A stretch of 64,000 nucleotides of DNA from Thermomicrobiales bacterium (GCA_038231255.1 JBBRLR010000010.1:8989-72988), one strand, 5' to 3'; positions 46,174-55,275 are shown, counted from the first letter of the stretch. The notes: a model not told the origin generated them from the letters alone. Translations and numbers: made by a program.

Positions 46174-46203
46174 CCTGTTCCTTAGCATAACATTAGCAAT
46201 CTG

Positions 46204-47201
46204 TCAAGAGCCTACTGGCTCCTTGTATCGCAACCGCTTCCCCGCCGTCTGCCGGATTGCCCGCTCCGTCCGCTCTCCGTCCTTCATCTTGCGCGTGTTG
46301 TAGCGGTAGTCGAACTCGCCAAGATAGGACGGCAAGTGCTTCTCCGAGACGCTATGGTGCGGGCCGTCAATCGAACGCTTCAACTGCGAGAAATAGCCCT
46401 CTGCGGTGTTCGTGTATACGTCGCCGCGCACATATTCGTCCTTGCCGTGGTCAACGGTTTCGTGCGAGGCGAATGCCTTGCCCGGCTCTCATAGGCCGCG
46501 AACGAATCGGTCATCAGCCGCGCATCGGGATGGATGTTCGTGTCCAGCACTTCTTTCAGCGTCGCGCCCGAAACATCCGTGACAACCTTCGAGCGGACGT
46601 TGCCGCCGCGCTCGACAAGCGAGACAACGGGCGTCTTCTTGGAATCCTTGCCGGGCCGTCCGCGTTTGCCCTTCTCGACGCCGCCGATGTACGTTTCGTC
46701 CGCTTCCACGATGCTGGAGAGCATGTCAACCAATGGATGTTGCGCCATCGCGTAACGGATACGATGCGCCATAAACCACGCCGTTTTGTACGAAACGCCC
46801 AATGTCCGCTGCAATTCGAGGGCGGCAACGCCGTTCTTACCCGCCTGCATCATGTGGACGGCAAGGAGCCATTTCGAGAGCGGCACTTTGGAATCCTCGA
46901 AGATCGTGCCGACAAGGACGGAAAACTGCTGGCGGCAATCGCCGCACTTCCACACGCGGCGGAACGTCGCCTTGCCCGTACTGGTCGTGCGTGTGCCATC
47001 CTTCGGCGCGAGATAGTAGGCATTGCCGACAACGCCGCAATGCGGGCAGATCGGGCCGGACGGCCAGCGCATCCGCTCGACCAGTTGGTACGCCGCGTCC
47101 TCATCGGAGAAGTGCTTGGCGATGGTGCTAAGATTCAGGCCAGCAAAGGCAATCTCTGGAACCATCTCGCGTACCGCCTTGTCGAGTGCAATCCGTTTCA
47201 A
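46204..47201 (-). pseudogene. IS1595-family transposase, interrupted by a frameshift
   Basis: The N-terminal 273-aa frame (TTG 47201) has a zinc ribbon CPHCG..CGDC, HTH and DDE region (EADETYIGG..). The conserved C-terminus (GKAFASHETVDHGKDEYVRGDVYTNTAEGYFSQLKRSI..HLPSYLGEFDYRYN) continues in another frame (46204-46431+). The frame switch is near 46475-46490. Confidence 0.85.
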
Positions 47202-47226
47202 CCGTACTCATTGTACGCGATCATCG

Positions 47227-47251
47227 TGGGTTTGTCAAGTACATAGTCGTC
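47227..47251. repeat. right terminal inverted repeat of the IS
   Basis: See the mobile element entry. Confidence 0.85.
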
Positions 47252-47305
47252 ATAAAAGATTCCCCTCTGTGACCTCTGCGCACTCTGCGCACTCTGCGTT
47301 AAGTG
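47252..47305. repeat. family-1 palindromic element, locus 3, right arm
   Basis: ..gattcccctctgtgacctctgcgcactctgcgcactctgcgttaag matches the CTCTGCG-type right arms of other copies. Confidence 0.7.
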
Positions 47306-47336
47306 TTTTCCTGACGTTCTTGAGTTCAACTCGTCC

Positions 47337-48038
47337 CTATCGCCGTGTGCCCGCGCCGTAGAGGAAGAAGGTGGACGTTTCGCGAACGTCCACGGTGAGC
47401 CCGGCACGGGCGCACTGGGCAGCGAGGGCATCCGGGACGTAGAAGTTTTTGACGATCTGGTAGGCGCGGCCATCGTTGAGTTTGCGCGTCATCACCTGCG
47501 CGCCCTGTTCGGGCAGGACGTGGTTTTTCGCGGTCGTGGTTGGCTCGCGGCGACCGTCCACGAAAAAGACCTTGCCACCCGGCCGGAGCGCGCCCGCAAC
47601 CGTCGCGAGGAAGCCATCCAGCCGCTCAGCCGGCACATGCGAAATCCAGAAGCCGAAGCAGACGGCGTCGTACTGCCGGTCGGGCTGCCACGCGAAGAGG
47701 TCCGCGATGATGTAGGAAACGCGGTCGCTGTCGAGTTTCGCGCGGTTGATCGCCACCATCTCCTCGGAGGCGTCAACGGCGGTGATCGCGTCCGCTGTCT
47801 TCAGCAACCGCTCCGTCCAGATGCCGGTGCCGGGCGCGAGTTCGAGCACATCGCCAGCGATCTGGAGCGCGTCGAAGGCGGCGTAGACCTCCGCCATTTC
47901 CGCGAACCATCGCCCGTTCTGCTCCGGCCCGTGATCGTAGCGCCCCTGCCGGTACCACCACTCGTCGTACTCGGCGGCACGCGCCCGGTAGTAATCCACC
48001 ATGTCGGTCAGTACATCCGGTGCAACGGTGTCAGTCAT
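47337..48038 (-). CDS. class I SAM-dependent methyltransferase
   Basis: From ATG 48038: YYRARAAEYDEWW and motif I VLELAPGTGIWTE, with an acidic residue after beta-2 (AVDASEEM). Confidence 0.8.
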   Translation of the reverse strand: MTDTVAPDVLTDMVDYYRARAAEYDEWWYRQGRYDHGPEQNGRWFAEMAEVYAAFDALQIAGDVLELAPGTGIWTERLLKTADAITAVDASEEMVAINRAKLDSDRVSYIIADLFAWQPDRQYDAVCFGFWISHVPAERLDGFLATVAGALRPGGKVFFVDGRREPTTTAKNHVLPEQGAQVMTRKLNDGRAYQIVKNFYVPDALAAQCARAGLTVDVRETSTFFLYGAGTRR

Positions 48039-48090
48039 TTTTGCCCCCAGTATCCCCAGTGGCGGTGGGCTACAGCCTGCCACTACCCAA

Positions 48091-49791
48091 TCAAAGCACA
48101 TCCGCTATCGCGGCGCGCACGGCATCCAGCGGCACATCACGGCGCGCGGCGACGCGGGCATCGGTCGCGCTGCCAGTCGGCAGGAGCCACGATGTTGTAC
48201 CGCCGACGGTTTTCTTGTCGCGCGCGATATACGGCAGGACGCGTTCGATGTTGAGCGACAGGCCGAGATCGGCGGCGCGGCGCGGCAAGCCGACGGCATC
48301 GAGCAGCGCGCCGTATGCCGCCGGGACATCCGCCGTGCAGTGGCTGAGCATCGCCGCTATCGCCGCCTCGGCGCGCAGGCCGAGCGCGACCGCCTCACCG
48401 TGGAGCAACGGTGTCGCCTCGCCCGCCGACGCATCCGCAAGCGCCGCAGCCTCGATAGCGTGCCCCGCCGTATGACCGGTGTTAAGGATCGCGCGCAGCC
48501 CCGTCTCCTCCCGCTCGTCGCCGCGTACGACGGCGAGTTTCAGCGCGACATTCCGCGCGATCACGCTCGTCAGCGCCAGCGAATCGCCCGCGACGAGCAG
48601 CGCGGCCCGGTCCCGGAGCGTCGGCAGGAGCGTCGGCGCGAGGACGCCGGGCACGCTCCCCTCGACAAAGGCGTGCTTGACGATCTCTCCCCAACCGGAA
48701 CGCGTCTCGCGCTCCGGTAGCGTCCGTACGCAGGCCGGGTCCACAAGGACGAGATGCGGCTGATAGAACGCGCCGACGAGGTTCTTGCCGGCGGGCAAAT
48801 CTACCGCCGTCTTGCCGCCGACGCTCGAATCCACCATCGCGAGCAGCGTCGTCGGTATCTGCACGAGTGGCAGGCCGCGCAGATAGGTCGCTGCCACGTA
48901 GCCGGCAAGATCGCCGACGACGCCACCGCCGAGCGCGATGATCGCCGTCTTCCGATCCATCCCCGCCGTTGCGAGCGCGGTATAGAGCGCGCCGGCTTGA
49001 TCGAGGCTTTTGCTTGTTTCGCCGGCAGGCACGGTCAGTGTCATCTTCAGTGGATGCGACGATGCCGCGAGCAATTCCCGCACCCGGTCGCCGAGGGCCG
49101 CGTTCACTCGTTCATCAGTAATGAGTACGATGCCGGAAAGTCCACTGGGCCAGCGCGCCGCGAGCCGCTCCGGCAATTGGTTCAGTAGGCCATAGCCGAC
49201 GGCGAGATGCGATGCGTGCGACGCCGTATCAAACCGATCCTCCCAGAGCGCAGTCGGTTCCCCACGCACGAGGGCGGCGATGAGATCGGCGACCACTTCC
49301 GGCGCGCGCCCCTCGGTATCGAGCGCGACATCCGCCCGCGCATAATCGGCGGCGCGGCGCACCATCATCGCGCGCAGGGCAGCCGCCGGTTCCGCCCCGG
49401 CGAGCAGCGGTCGCGCCGCGACCTCCCGCCCGTCGCGCCGCGCATGCTCCTCCAACCGGCAGAGCAGCGTCCCCGGCGACGCGCCGAGATGGACGACGAG
49501 CGCATCCCGCCGCATCAGCGACCAGTTCGCCTCGACCGTCACGACGCCACCACCGGTGGCAACAACCGTCTGCGGCTCCCGGCAGGCATCGGCGAGCGCG
49601 GCGGATTCGAGCGCGCGGAAGGCCGCTTCGCCATCCTCCGCGAAGACACGCGGGATCGGCTTCCCGGCCCGCTGCTCCAGCAGGTCGTCCGAGTCTACCG
49701 CCTGCCAGCCGAGCCGCTCCGCCAGCCGCCGCGCGACCGTGCTCTTCCCACTCCCGCTCAGCCCAACCAGCACAATCCGCTGATACCGCAA
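48091..49791 (-). CDS. aroKB: bifunctional shikimate kinase / 3-dehydroquinate synthase
   Basis: N-terminal AroK domain (LVGLSGSGKSTVARRLAERLGW..DSD) fused to AroB (GGGVVGDLAGYVAATYLRGLPLVQIPTTLLAMVDSSVGGKTAVD). I prefer the TTG at 49791, which has AGGAG 7 nt upstream, over the TTG at 49821, which lies inside a repeat. Confidence 0.9.
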   Translation of the reverse strand: MRYQRIVLVGLSGSGKSTVARRLAERLGWQAVDSDDLLEQRAGKPIPRVFAEDGEAAFRALESAALADACREPQTVVATGGGVVTVEANWSLMRRDALVVHLGASPGTLLCRLEEHARRDGREVAARPLLAGAEPAAALRAMMVRRAADYARADVALDTEGRAPEVVADLIAALVRGEPTALWEDRFDTASHASHLAVGYGLLNQLPERLAARWPSGLSGIVLITDERVNAALGDRVRELLAASSHPLKMTLTVPAGETSKSLDQAGALYTALATAGMDRKTAIIALGGGVVGDLAGYVAATYLRGLPLVQIPTTLLAMVDSSVGGKTAVDLPAGKNLVGAFYQPHLVLVDPACVRTLPERETRSGWGEIVKHAFVEGSVPGVLAPTLLPTLRDRAALLVAGDSLALTSVIARNVALKLAVVRGDEREETGLRAILNTGHTAGHAIEAAALADASAGEATPLLHGEAVALGLRAEAAIAAMLSHCTADVPAAYGALLDAVGLPRRAADLGLSLNIERVLPYIARDKKTVGGTTSWLLPTGSATDARVAARRDVPLDAVRAAIADVL

Positions 49792-49802
49792 TCTAAACTC
49801 CT

Positions 49803-49941
49803 GAAACCGATTGAACCGCAATGACGCAGAGGACGCAAAAAGAACGCAAAGGAGAACCGAAAGAGATTGGGAGATGCACGCTATCTTTCTCTTCTTTGCG
49901 CTCTTCGCGTCCTTTGCGCCTTTGCGGTTCTCCCCAGTTTC
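49803..49941. repeat. palindromic intergenic element, family 1, locus 4
   Basis: gaaaccgattgaaccgcaatgacgcagaggacgcaaaaagaacgcaaaggag ... ttctttgcgctcttcgcgtcctttgcgcctttgcggttctccccagtttc. Confidence 0.8.
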
Positions 49942-49959
49942 GATTCGTCCCCGGTTTCC

Positions 49960-51180
49960 TCAAAAGATGTGGCCGAAGTCGGTGGTGAAGACATATTCGT
50001 TCTCGCTCCACGGCTGCCGCCAGGAGTCGTCGGCGAAACGGGCGAGGCGGAAGGGGGTGAGGTCCACGGCAGGCGGTTCGCCGGTGATGAACTGCGCCAT
50101 GCACTCGCCGATTGCCGGCGCCTTTTTGAAGCCCGCGCCACTGAATCCGACCATCATGAATAAGCCCCCCACATCTGGCGCGCGGTCGAGGATCGGATGC
50201 GTGTCCGGCGACATGTCGTAGAGGCCCGCCCAGCCGGTGAGGAAGCGCGCCTCCCGCATCGGCGGCATCCGCCCGGCAATCTGGGCGATCGCCGCCGCAC
50301 CGTAAGCGGCGTCCACCGTCTCATCGTAATTGTCGGGGTTTACGTAGGAATGATGCTCTGCCGTCGCGACGCCCATCAGCGTCTGCCCCGGCTTCCACTT
50401 GCGGCAGAAAATGCCGGCAGCGGTATCCACGTACGCCATATGCCCCGCCGCCATCGCGGGGGGCCGCTCCAGAATCGCCACTGGCACGCGCATCACCTCG
50501 ATTGGCACGGCAACGCCCGCCGTCGCGAGCAGCGGCGCGCTCCAGGTATTCGCGCAGCAAACGACGACCGGCGCATCCACCGGCCCATCGCTCGTCTCGA
50601 CGCCCACCACGCGCCCGTTCGCCGTGCGGATCGTCGTGACGGTCACGCCCTCGCGCAGCCGCGCGCCCTGCCGCTCCGCCGCCGCGATCAGCGAGCGCGT
50701 CGTGGCGACGGCATCCACCGCGCCGCCTTCCGCTTCGTACGCCGCGCAGACAAGGTCATCCACCCGGTCGAAGGGCTGCAATTCGCGCAACTGCTCCGCC
50801 GTGACCACTTCCGTCTTGATGCCGACCCGCCGCTGCATCGCGATATTGGCGTGCATCCGCGCGACATTCGGATCGTCCGGACCGGTCTGGTAGACGGTGG
50901 CGATCAGGCCGCTGCCGTCGTATCCGCAGTCGCCGCCGACGATCTCGTTCCACTGCTTGAAGACCTGCACGGAGCGGTGAACGAGCGTCGCCTCCGGCAC
51001 ATTCGAGTAGTGCTGCCGCAGCAACGCCCCAGTCTTGCCGGATGCCCCCGCCGCCACATGCTTCTTTTCGAGGATCAATACGTCGCGCACACCGAGCCGC
51101 GTCAGATGAAAGGCGAGACTCGCCCCCATCACTCCCGCCCCGATAATGACGACCTCCGCCCGTTCTCTCACCATCGCCAT
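49960..51180 (-). CDS. FAD-dependent oxidoreductase (DAO / sarcosine-oxidase-beta-like)
   Basis: VVIIGAGVMGASLAFHL dinucleotide fold and DAO-family length (406 aa). Confidence 0.8.
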   Translation of the reverse strand: MAMVRERAEVVIIGAGVMGASLAFHLTRLGVRDVLILEKKHVAAGASGKTGALLRQHYSNVPEATLVHRSVQVFKQWNEIVGGDCGYDGSGLIATVYQTGPDDPNVARMHANIAMQRRVGIKTEVVTAEQLRELQPFDRVDDLVCAAYEAEGGAVDAVATTRSLIAAAERQGARLREGVTVTTIRTANGRVVGVETSDGPVDAPVVVCCANTWSAPLLATAGVAVPIEVMRVPVAILERPPAMAAGHMAYVDTAAGIFCRKWKPGQTLMGVATAEHHSYVNPDNYDETVDAAYGAAAIAQIAGRMPPMREARFLTGWAGLYDMSPDTHPILDRAPDVGGLFMMVGFSGAGFKKAPAIGECMAQFITGEPPAVDLTPFRLARFADDSWRQPWSENEYVFTTDFGHIF

Positions 51181-51209
51181 CCCCCTTCACCCGCAGTATA
51201 CCGGAGGGT

Positions 51210-51346
51210 GAAGCCGGGGAGAACCGCAGAGGACACAGAGGACGCAGAGAGCGTAGAGGAAATGGAAGGAGGATCGTTTTTGGTCCTCTTTCTTTTTTCT
51301 CCTCCCTACTCTGCGTGCTCTGCGCCTCTGCGGTTCTCCCCGGTTT
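51210..51346. repeat. palindromic intergenic element, family 1, locus 5 (best-preserved copy)
   Basis: gaagccggggagaaccgcagaggacacagaggacgcagagagcgtagagg ... ctactctgcgtgctctgcgcctctgcggttctccccggtttg. Confidence 0.85.
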
Positions 51347-51347
51347 G

Positions 51348-52442
51348 TCAGTCAGCGGCGGGGATGACGTGGACAGGTGGAACGATAGCGAGATGAGTGT
51401 CGGGCCGGCGCCATTTCGAGGCGAGGTGGGTGCGGCTGCTGAAGCGTTCTTCGACCCCGCCGATCAGGCCGCCGATGCGCTCCTTAAACCCCTGCATGCG
51501 CGTATTGCCGACGCCGAGAGAGGTCTTCGTCCCTTCCTGCACGCCACGCAGCCAGGCGCGCACGCCGTCCGGGTTAGCGAGCGTGCGGGCGAGCATACCC
51601 GACGCGACCGTGCCGCCGTAGGCAATCACGCCCTTGGGCAGGAATGACGCACCCGGAATGACACGCACCGCGCGGGTTGCCAGCTCGCGCCAGCCGAGGC
51701 CCGCGACCAAATACGGCGCGGAATTCATCAGCATGGTCTTCTGGTCGCTCAGATCGCGCCCGTGGATGGCCGCGAGTTGATAGGCAAGGATCAGTTGGTT
51801 CTTGGTCAACACGAAGAAGTCCGCGCCCGTGGAGGCGAGGCCGCCGACCATCGGGATGCGCGCGGTGATGTCCGTCATGATCGCGAACTGCGCGTTCGCC
51901 CGCGCTGTCTGCTCGATCAGGTAGTCCGTCATCGGCTGCCGGAAGCCGACAAATGTCCGCCCCCACGCGACCCGCCGGTTCGGATGGAGCATCGGCACGA
52001 GCCGCGTGCGCAGCGTATGGAGCGCTTGCGGGTTCGCCGGATCCGCCACGACGATGGACGGGATGCCGGGGTCCATCGCCGCGCCCGGCCCAGTGACAAT
52101 CGCCAGCACCGCCGTCTGCCGCTGATCGCTGATAATGCGCCGGAGGGCGAGATTTTGCCGCATGGCGGGTGTCGGGTCGAGCAGCAAGACTGTGTCGTAC
52201 GGCGTCGGCCCGACCTGCAAGCCATCGAGTATTTCTGGCGTCGCGACCGTCATCGTGCGGCGCGCGGTGGCTTCGTCCGGCGTTTCGCCACCGGCGAGGG
52301 CGAAGGCGAATTGCTGTGCGAGCCGTGCGTCCGGCCCGACGATGAGCGCGAGCGGCGGCTGGGCGATCTGCGCCTGCAAATCGTCCAATTGCACCGTGCG
52401 CATGATACTGAAAAAGTCCTTTGCGTGATTCCTGAGCGCCAT
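51348..52442 (-). CDS. hypothetical protein, DUF697-like C-terminal region and P-loop-less N-terminal domain (tentative)
   Basis: 364 aa. The C-terminal half (..ARIPMVGGLASTGADFFVLTKNQLILAYQLAAIHGRDL..) recalls DUF697. No Walker A motif is seen in the N-terminal half. Confidence 0.4.
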   Translation of the reverse strand: MALRNHAKDFFSIMRTVQLDDLQAQIAQPPLALIVGPDARLAQQFAFALAGGETPDEATARRTMTVATPEILDGLQVGPTPYDTVLLLDPTPAMRQNLALRRIISDQRQTAVLAIVTGPGAAMDPGIPSIVVADPANPQALHTLRTRLVPMLHPNRRVAWGRTFVGFRQPMTDYLIEQTARANAQFAIMTDITARIPMVGGLASTGADFFVLTKNQLILAYQLAAIHGRDLSDQKTMLMNSAPYLVAGLGWRELATRAVRVIPGASFLPKGVIAYGGTVASGMLARTLANPDGVRAWLRGVQEGTKTSLGVGNTRMQGFKERIGGLIGGVEERFSSRTHLASKWRRPDTHLAIVPPVHVIPAAD

Positions 52443-52651
52443 GTGTTGTACCCCTTTCGGCGTGACTTCGTTCCTTCCCTTGAATGCACGGAAGGTGCCA
52501 CGATAATTCCGCCATCATTGTAACAGAATTACGACTTACAAAGCATGTGGCACAGTTCCTGCATTACTCCCTGATAGTCAACGGTGAAGGGTAACGAAGG
52601 ACCCTTCCGCAACTCCCGCATGATGCGGGACGACGTAAGGAGAGAAGTAGC

Positions 52652-52804
52652 ATGCTTTGGGCAATTGTAGCAGTGTTGTTAATCCTCTGGCTGCTTGGGT
52701 TCATCGGTAGCATCGGCGGTGCATTCATCCATTTGTTGCTCGTCATCGCTGTCGTGGTATTGATTGTTCAGCTACTCAGCGGTCGGCGCGGCAGCGCGCT
52801 CTAA
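52652..52804 (+). CDS. lmo0937-family small membrane protein (50 aa)
   Basis: MLWAIVAVLLILWLLGFIGSIGGAFIHLLLVIAVVVLIVQLLSGRRGSAL. TAAGGAG ribosome-binding site upstream. Below the ORF-track size cut-off. Confidence 0.7.
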   Translation: MLWAIVAVLLILWLLGFIGSIGGAFIHLLLVIAVVVLIVQLLSGRRGSAL

Positions 52805-52882
52805 ATACCAGAAAAAGCGGAGAATACGGATGCCATCGGATTGATCGCTGGTGGCATTCCTTCTGCGTGAAACAACGAGGTT

Positions 52883-52942
52883 GGTGGCGGCGGGCTTCAG
52901 CCTACTGTTTGCCTCTGCGACAGATTGAAGCCCGCCGCCACC
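52883..52942. repeat. hairpin related to family 2 (GGTGGCGGCGGGCTTCAGCC core)
   Basis: ggtggcggcgggcttcag .. ttgaagcccgccgccacc, lying between the convergent small membrane gene and moeA. Confidence 0.55.
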
Positions 52943-52961
52943 GAAAAAAGAGGATCAGCCT

Positions 52962-54194
52962 TCAAAAGCAATGCGCGAAGAGGATTGCTTGCACAATCTC
53001 TCCTCCGGCAACACGTGCAGTGCCTTCCGGGATCATCACCAGCCCGTTCGCTTCCCCAAGCCCTGCGACATTACCGACCGCTTGATCCATCGTTGTATCC
53101 GCTTCCCAGCCGGTCGGCGTCACGCGGAGACGCGCGCGCACGTAGGTCTGCTGCTCACCGCGATGCTCGACCGCGTGCATCAGTCGCGCCGGGACGGTCG
53201 GCGGTAGTTCGGGCGTCTGACCGAGGAGGCGGGCGAGGGCGGGGCGGGCGAGCACATGGAACGACACAAAGGCCGCGACCGGGTTGCCGGGCAGGGCGAG
53301 GATCGGCGTTGCCCCGATCACGCCGCAGGCGACGGGATGGCCCGGCCGCATCCGCACCCGCCAGAAATCGAGCGCGCCCCGCTCCGCGATCACGGCGCGC
53401 ACGGCGTCGTACGCCCCCACGGATACACCGCCCGTCGTGATGATGCAATCCACATCCGGCGCCACATCGAATGCACGCCGCAAATCGTCCGGTGTATCGC
53501 GCGCGATGCCGAGATGGATGGGATCGCCGCCGTACTGGATGATCAGCGCGGCGAGCAGCGGGCCGTTGGTGTCCGGGATCTGCCCCGGCCCCGGTTGCTC
53601 CCCGGCAGCACGAAGTTCGTTGCCCGTGGAAAGGATGGCGATGCGCGGTCGGCGCACCACCGATGCATGCGCGTCCCCTGCTGCGGCGAGGAGCGCGATC
53701 TGACCGGGCGAAAGCCGCGTCCCCCCGAGCAGGAGCGTCGTTCCCACACGCACCACCTCACTCTGTCGCCGGACATTCGCGCCCGCCGCGACTGAGGCGC
53801 GAATCGTCACGGTCGCCGCGCCGCCGTCTGTTTCTTCGAGTCGCACGACGGCGTCCGCACCGGCGGGCAGCGGCGCGCCGGTCGCGATCGCGGTGGCTTC
53901 GCCCGCCCGGATCGTCAACGACGCGGCATCCCCGGCGGCGTGCATGCCGATTACAGCGAGCGTGACGGGTCGCGCGGCGGACGCACCATTGGTGTCAAGG
54001 GCATGGACGGCGTAACCATCCATCGCGCTGTTCGTGAACGATGGGAGATCGCGCGCCGCAAACGCATCCGCCGCCAGCGTCCGGCCAAGCGCGGCGGTGA
54101 GGGCGACGGATTCGGCCTCGCCGCGACGAAAGTGAGTGAGGAGACGCGCCTGTGCCTCCGCGACGGAAAGGGGGCGCGGCGCGTCCATCCGCAT
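52962..54194 (-). CDS. moeA: molybdopterin molybdotransferase (MoeA/gephyrin-like)
   Basis: 410 aa with MoeA N, MoCF-binding (STGNEL..PGQIPDTN..ITTGGVSVG) and C-terminal domains. Confidence 0.9.
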   Translation of the reverse strand: MRMDAPRPLSVAEAQARLLTHFRRGEAESVALTAALGRTLAADAFAARDLPSFTNSAMDGYAVHALDTNGASAARPVTLAVIGMHAAGDAASLTIRAGEATAIATGAPLPAGADAVVRLEETDGGAATVTIRASVAAGANVRRQSEVVRVGTTLLLGGTRLSPGQIALLAAAGDAHASVVRRPRIAILSTGNELRAAGEQPGPGQIPDTNGPLLAALIIQYGGDPIHLGIARDTPDDLRRAFDVAPDVDCIITTGGVSVGAYDAVRAVIAERGALDFWRVRMRPGHPVACGVIGATPILALPGNPVAAFVSFHVLARPALARLLGQTPELPPTVPARLMHAVEHRGEQQTYVRARLRVTPTGWEADTTMDQAVGNVAGLGEANGLVMIPEGTARVAGGEIVQAILFAHCF

Positions 54195-54200
54195 GATGCC

Positions 54201-55184
<984 letters not shown>

Positions 55185-55275
55185 TCACGTCTCCGCCCCA
55201 GTACGCCGGGCAGATCATCGTATCACAAGCGGATAGCAGGCAGTAGGCAATAGGCGCGGGCAGCGAAGATGCCAG

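Larger units (their letters stand above)
45245..47251 (-). mobile_element. IS1595-family insertion sequence with cargo (~2007 bp)
   Basis: 25-bp terminal inverted repeats, GGCGACTATGTACTTGACAAACCCA (45245-45269) against the reverse complement of 47227-47251 (24/25 match). Flanking 8-bp direct repeat ATAAAGGA (45237-45244) and ATAAAAGA (47252-47259). The IS1595-type transposase gene sits at the right end. Confidence 0.85.

Noticed and set aside
45611-46174. 187-aa minus-strand ORF taken as one gene
   Set aside because: Its N-terminal ~85 codons (GTG start, ..PRETRTLLTVEGYEPS..) are the antisense translation of the two tRNA-like genes and are Pro/Ser/Arg-rich. Only the C-terminal 80-102 codons look protein-like.
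46180-46203. A possible internal IS end near the transposase stop (aatctgtcaagagcctac resembles the TIR core ttgtcaagtac), which would make a ~1.05 kb IS without cargo
   Set aside because: The similarity is only ~12/20 and is in direct rather than inverted orientation relative to the right TIR. The 24/25 inverted match with a flanking 8-bp duplication is at 45245-45269.
43742-51346. CRISPR array suggested by many short GCAGAGGAC-type repeats
   Set aside because: The units are 9 nt long and directly abutting, without unique spacers. They are arranged as inverted arms of palindromes. No cas genes are in the window.
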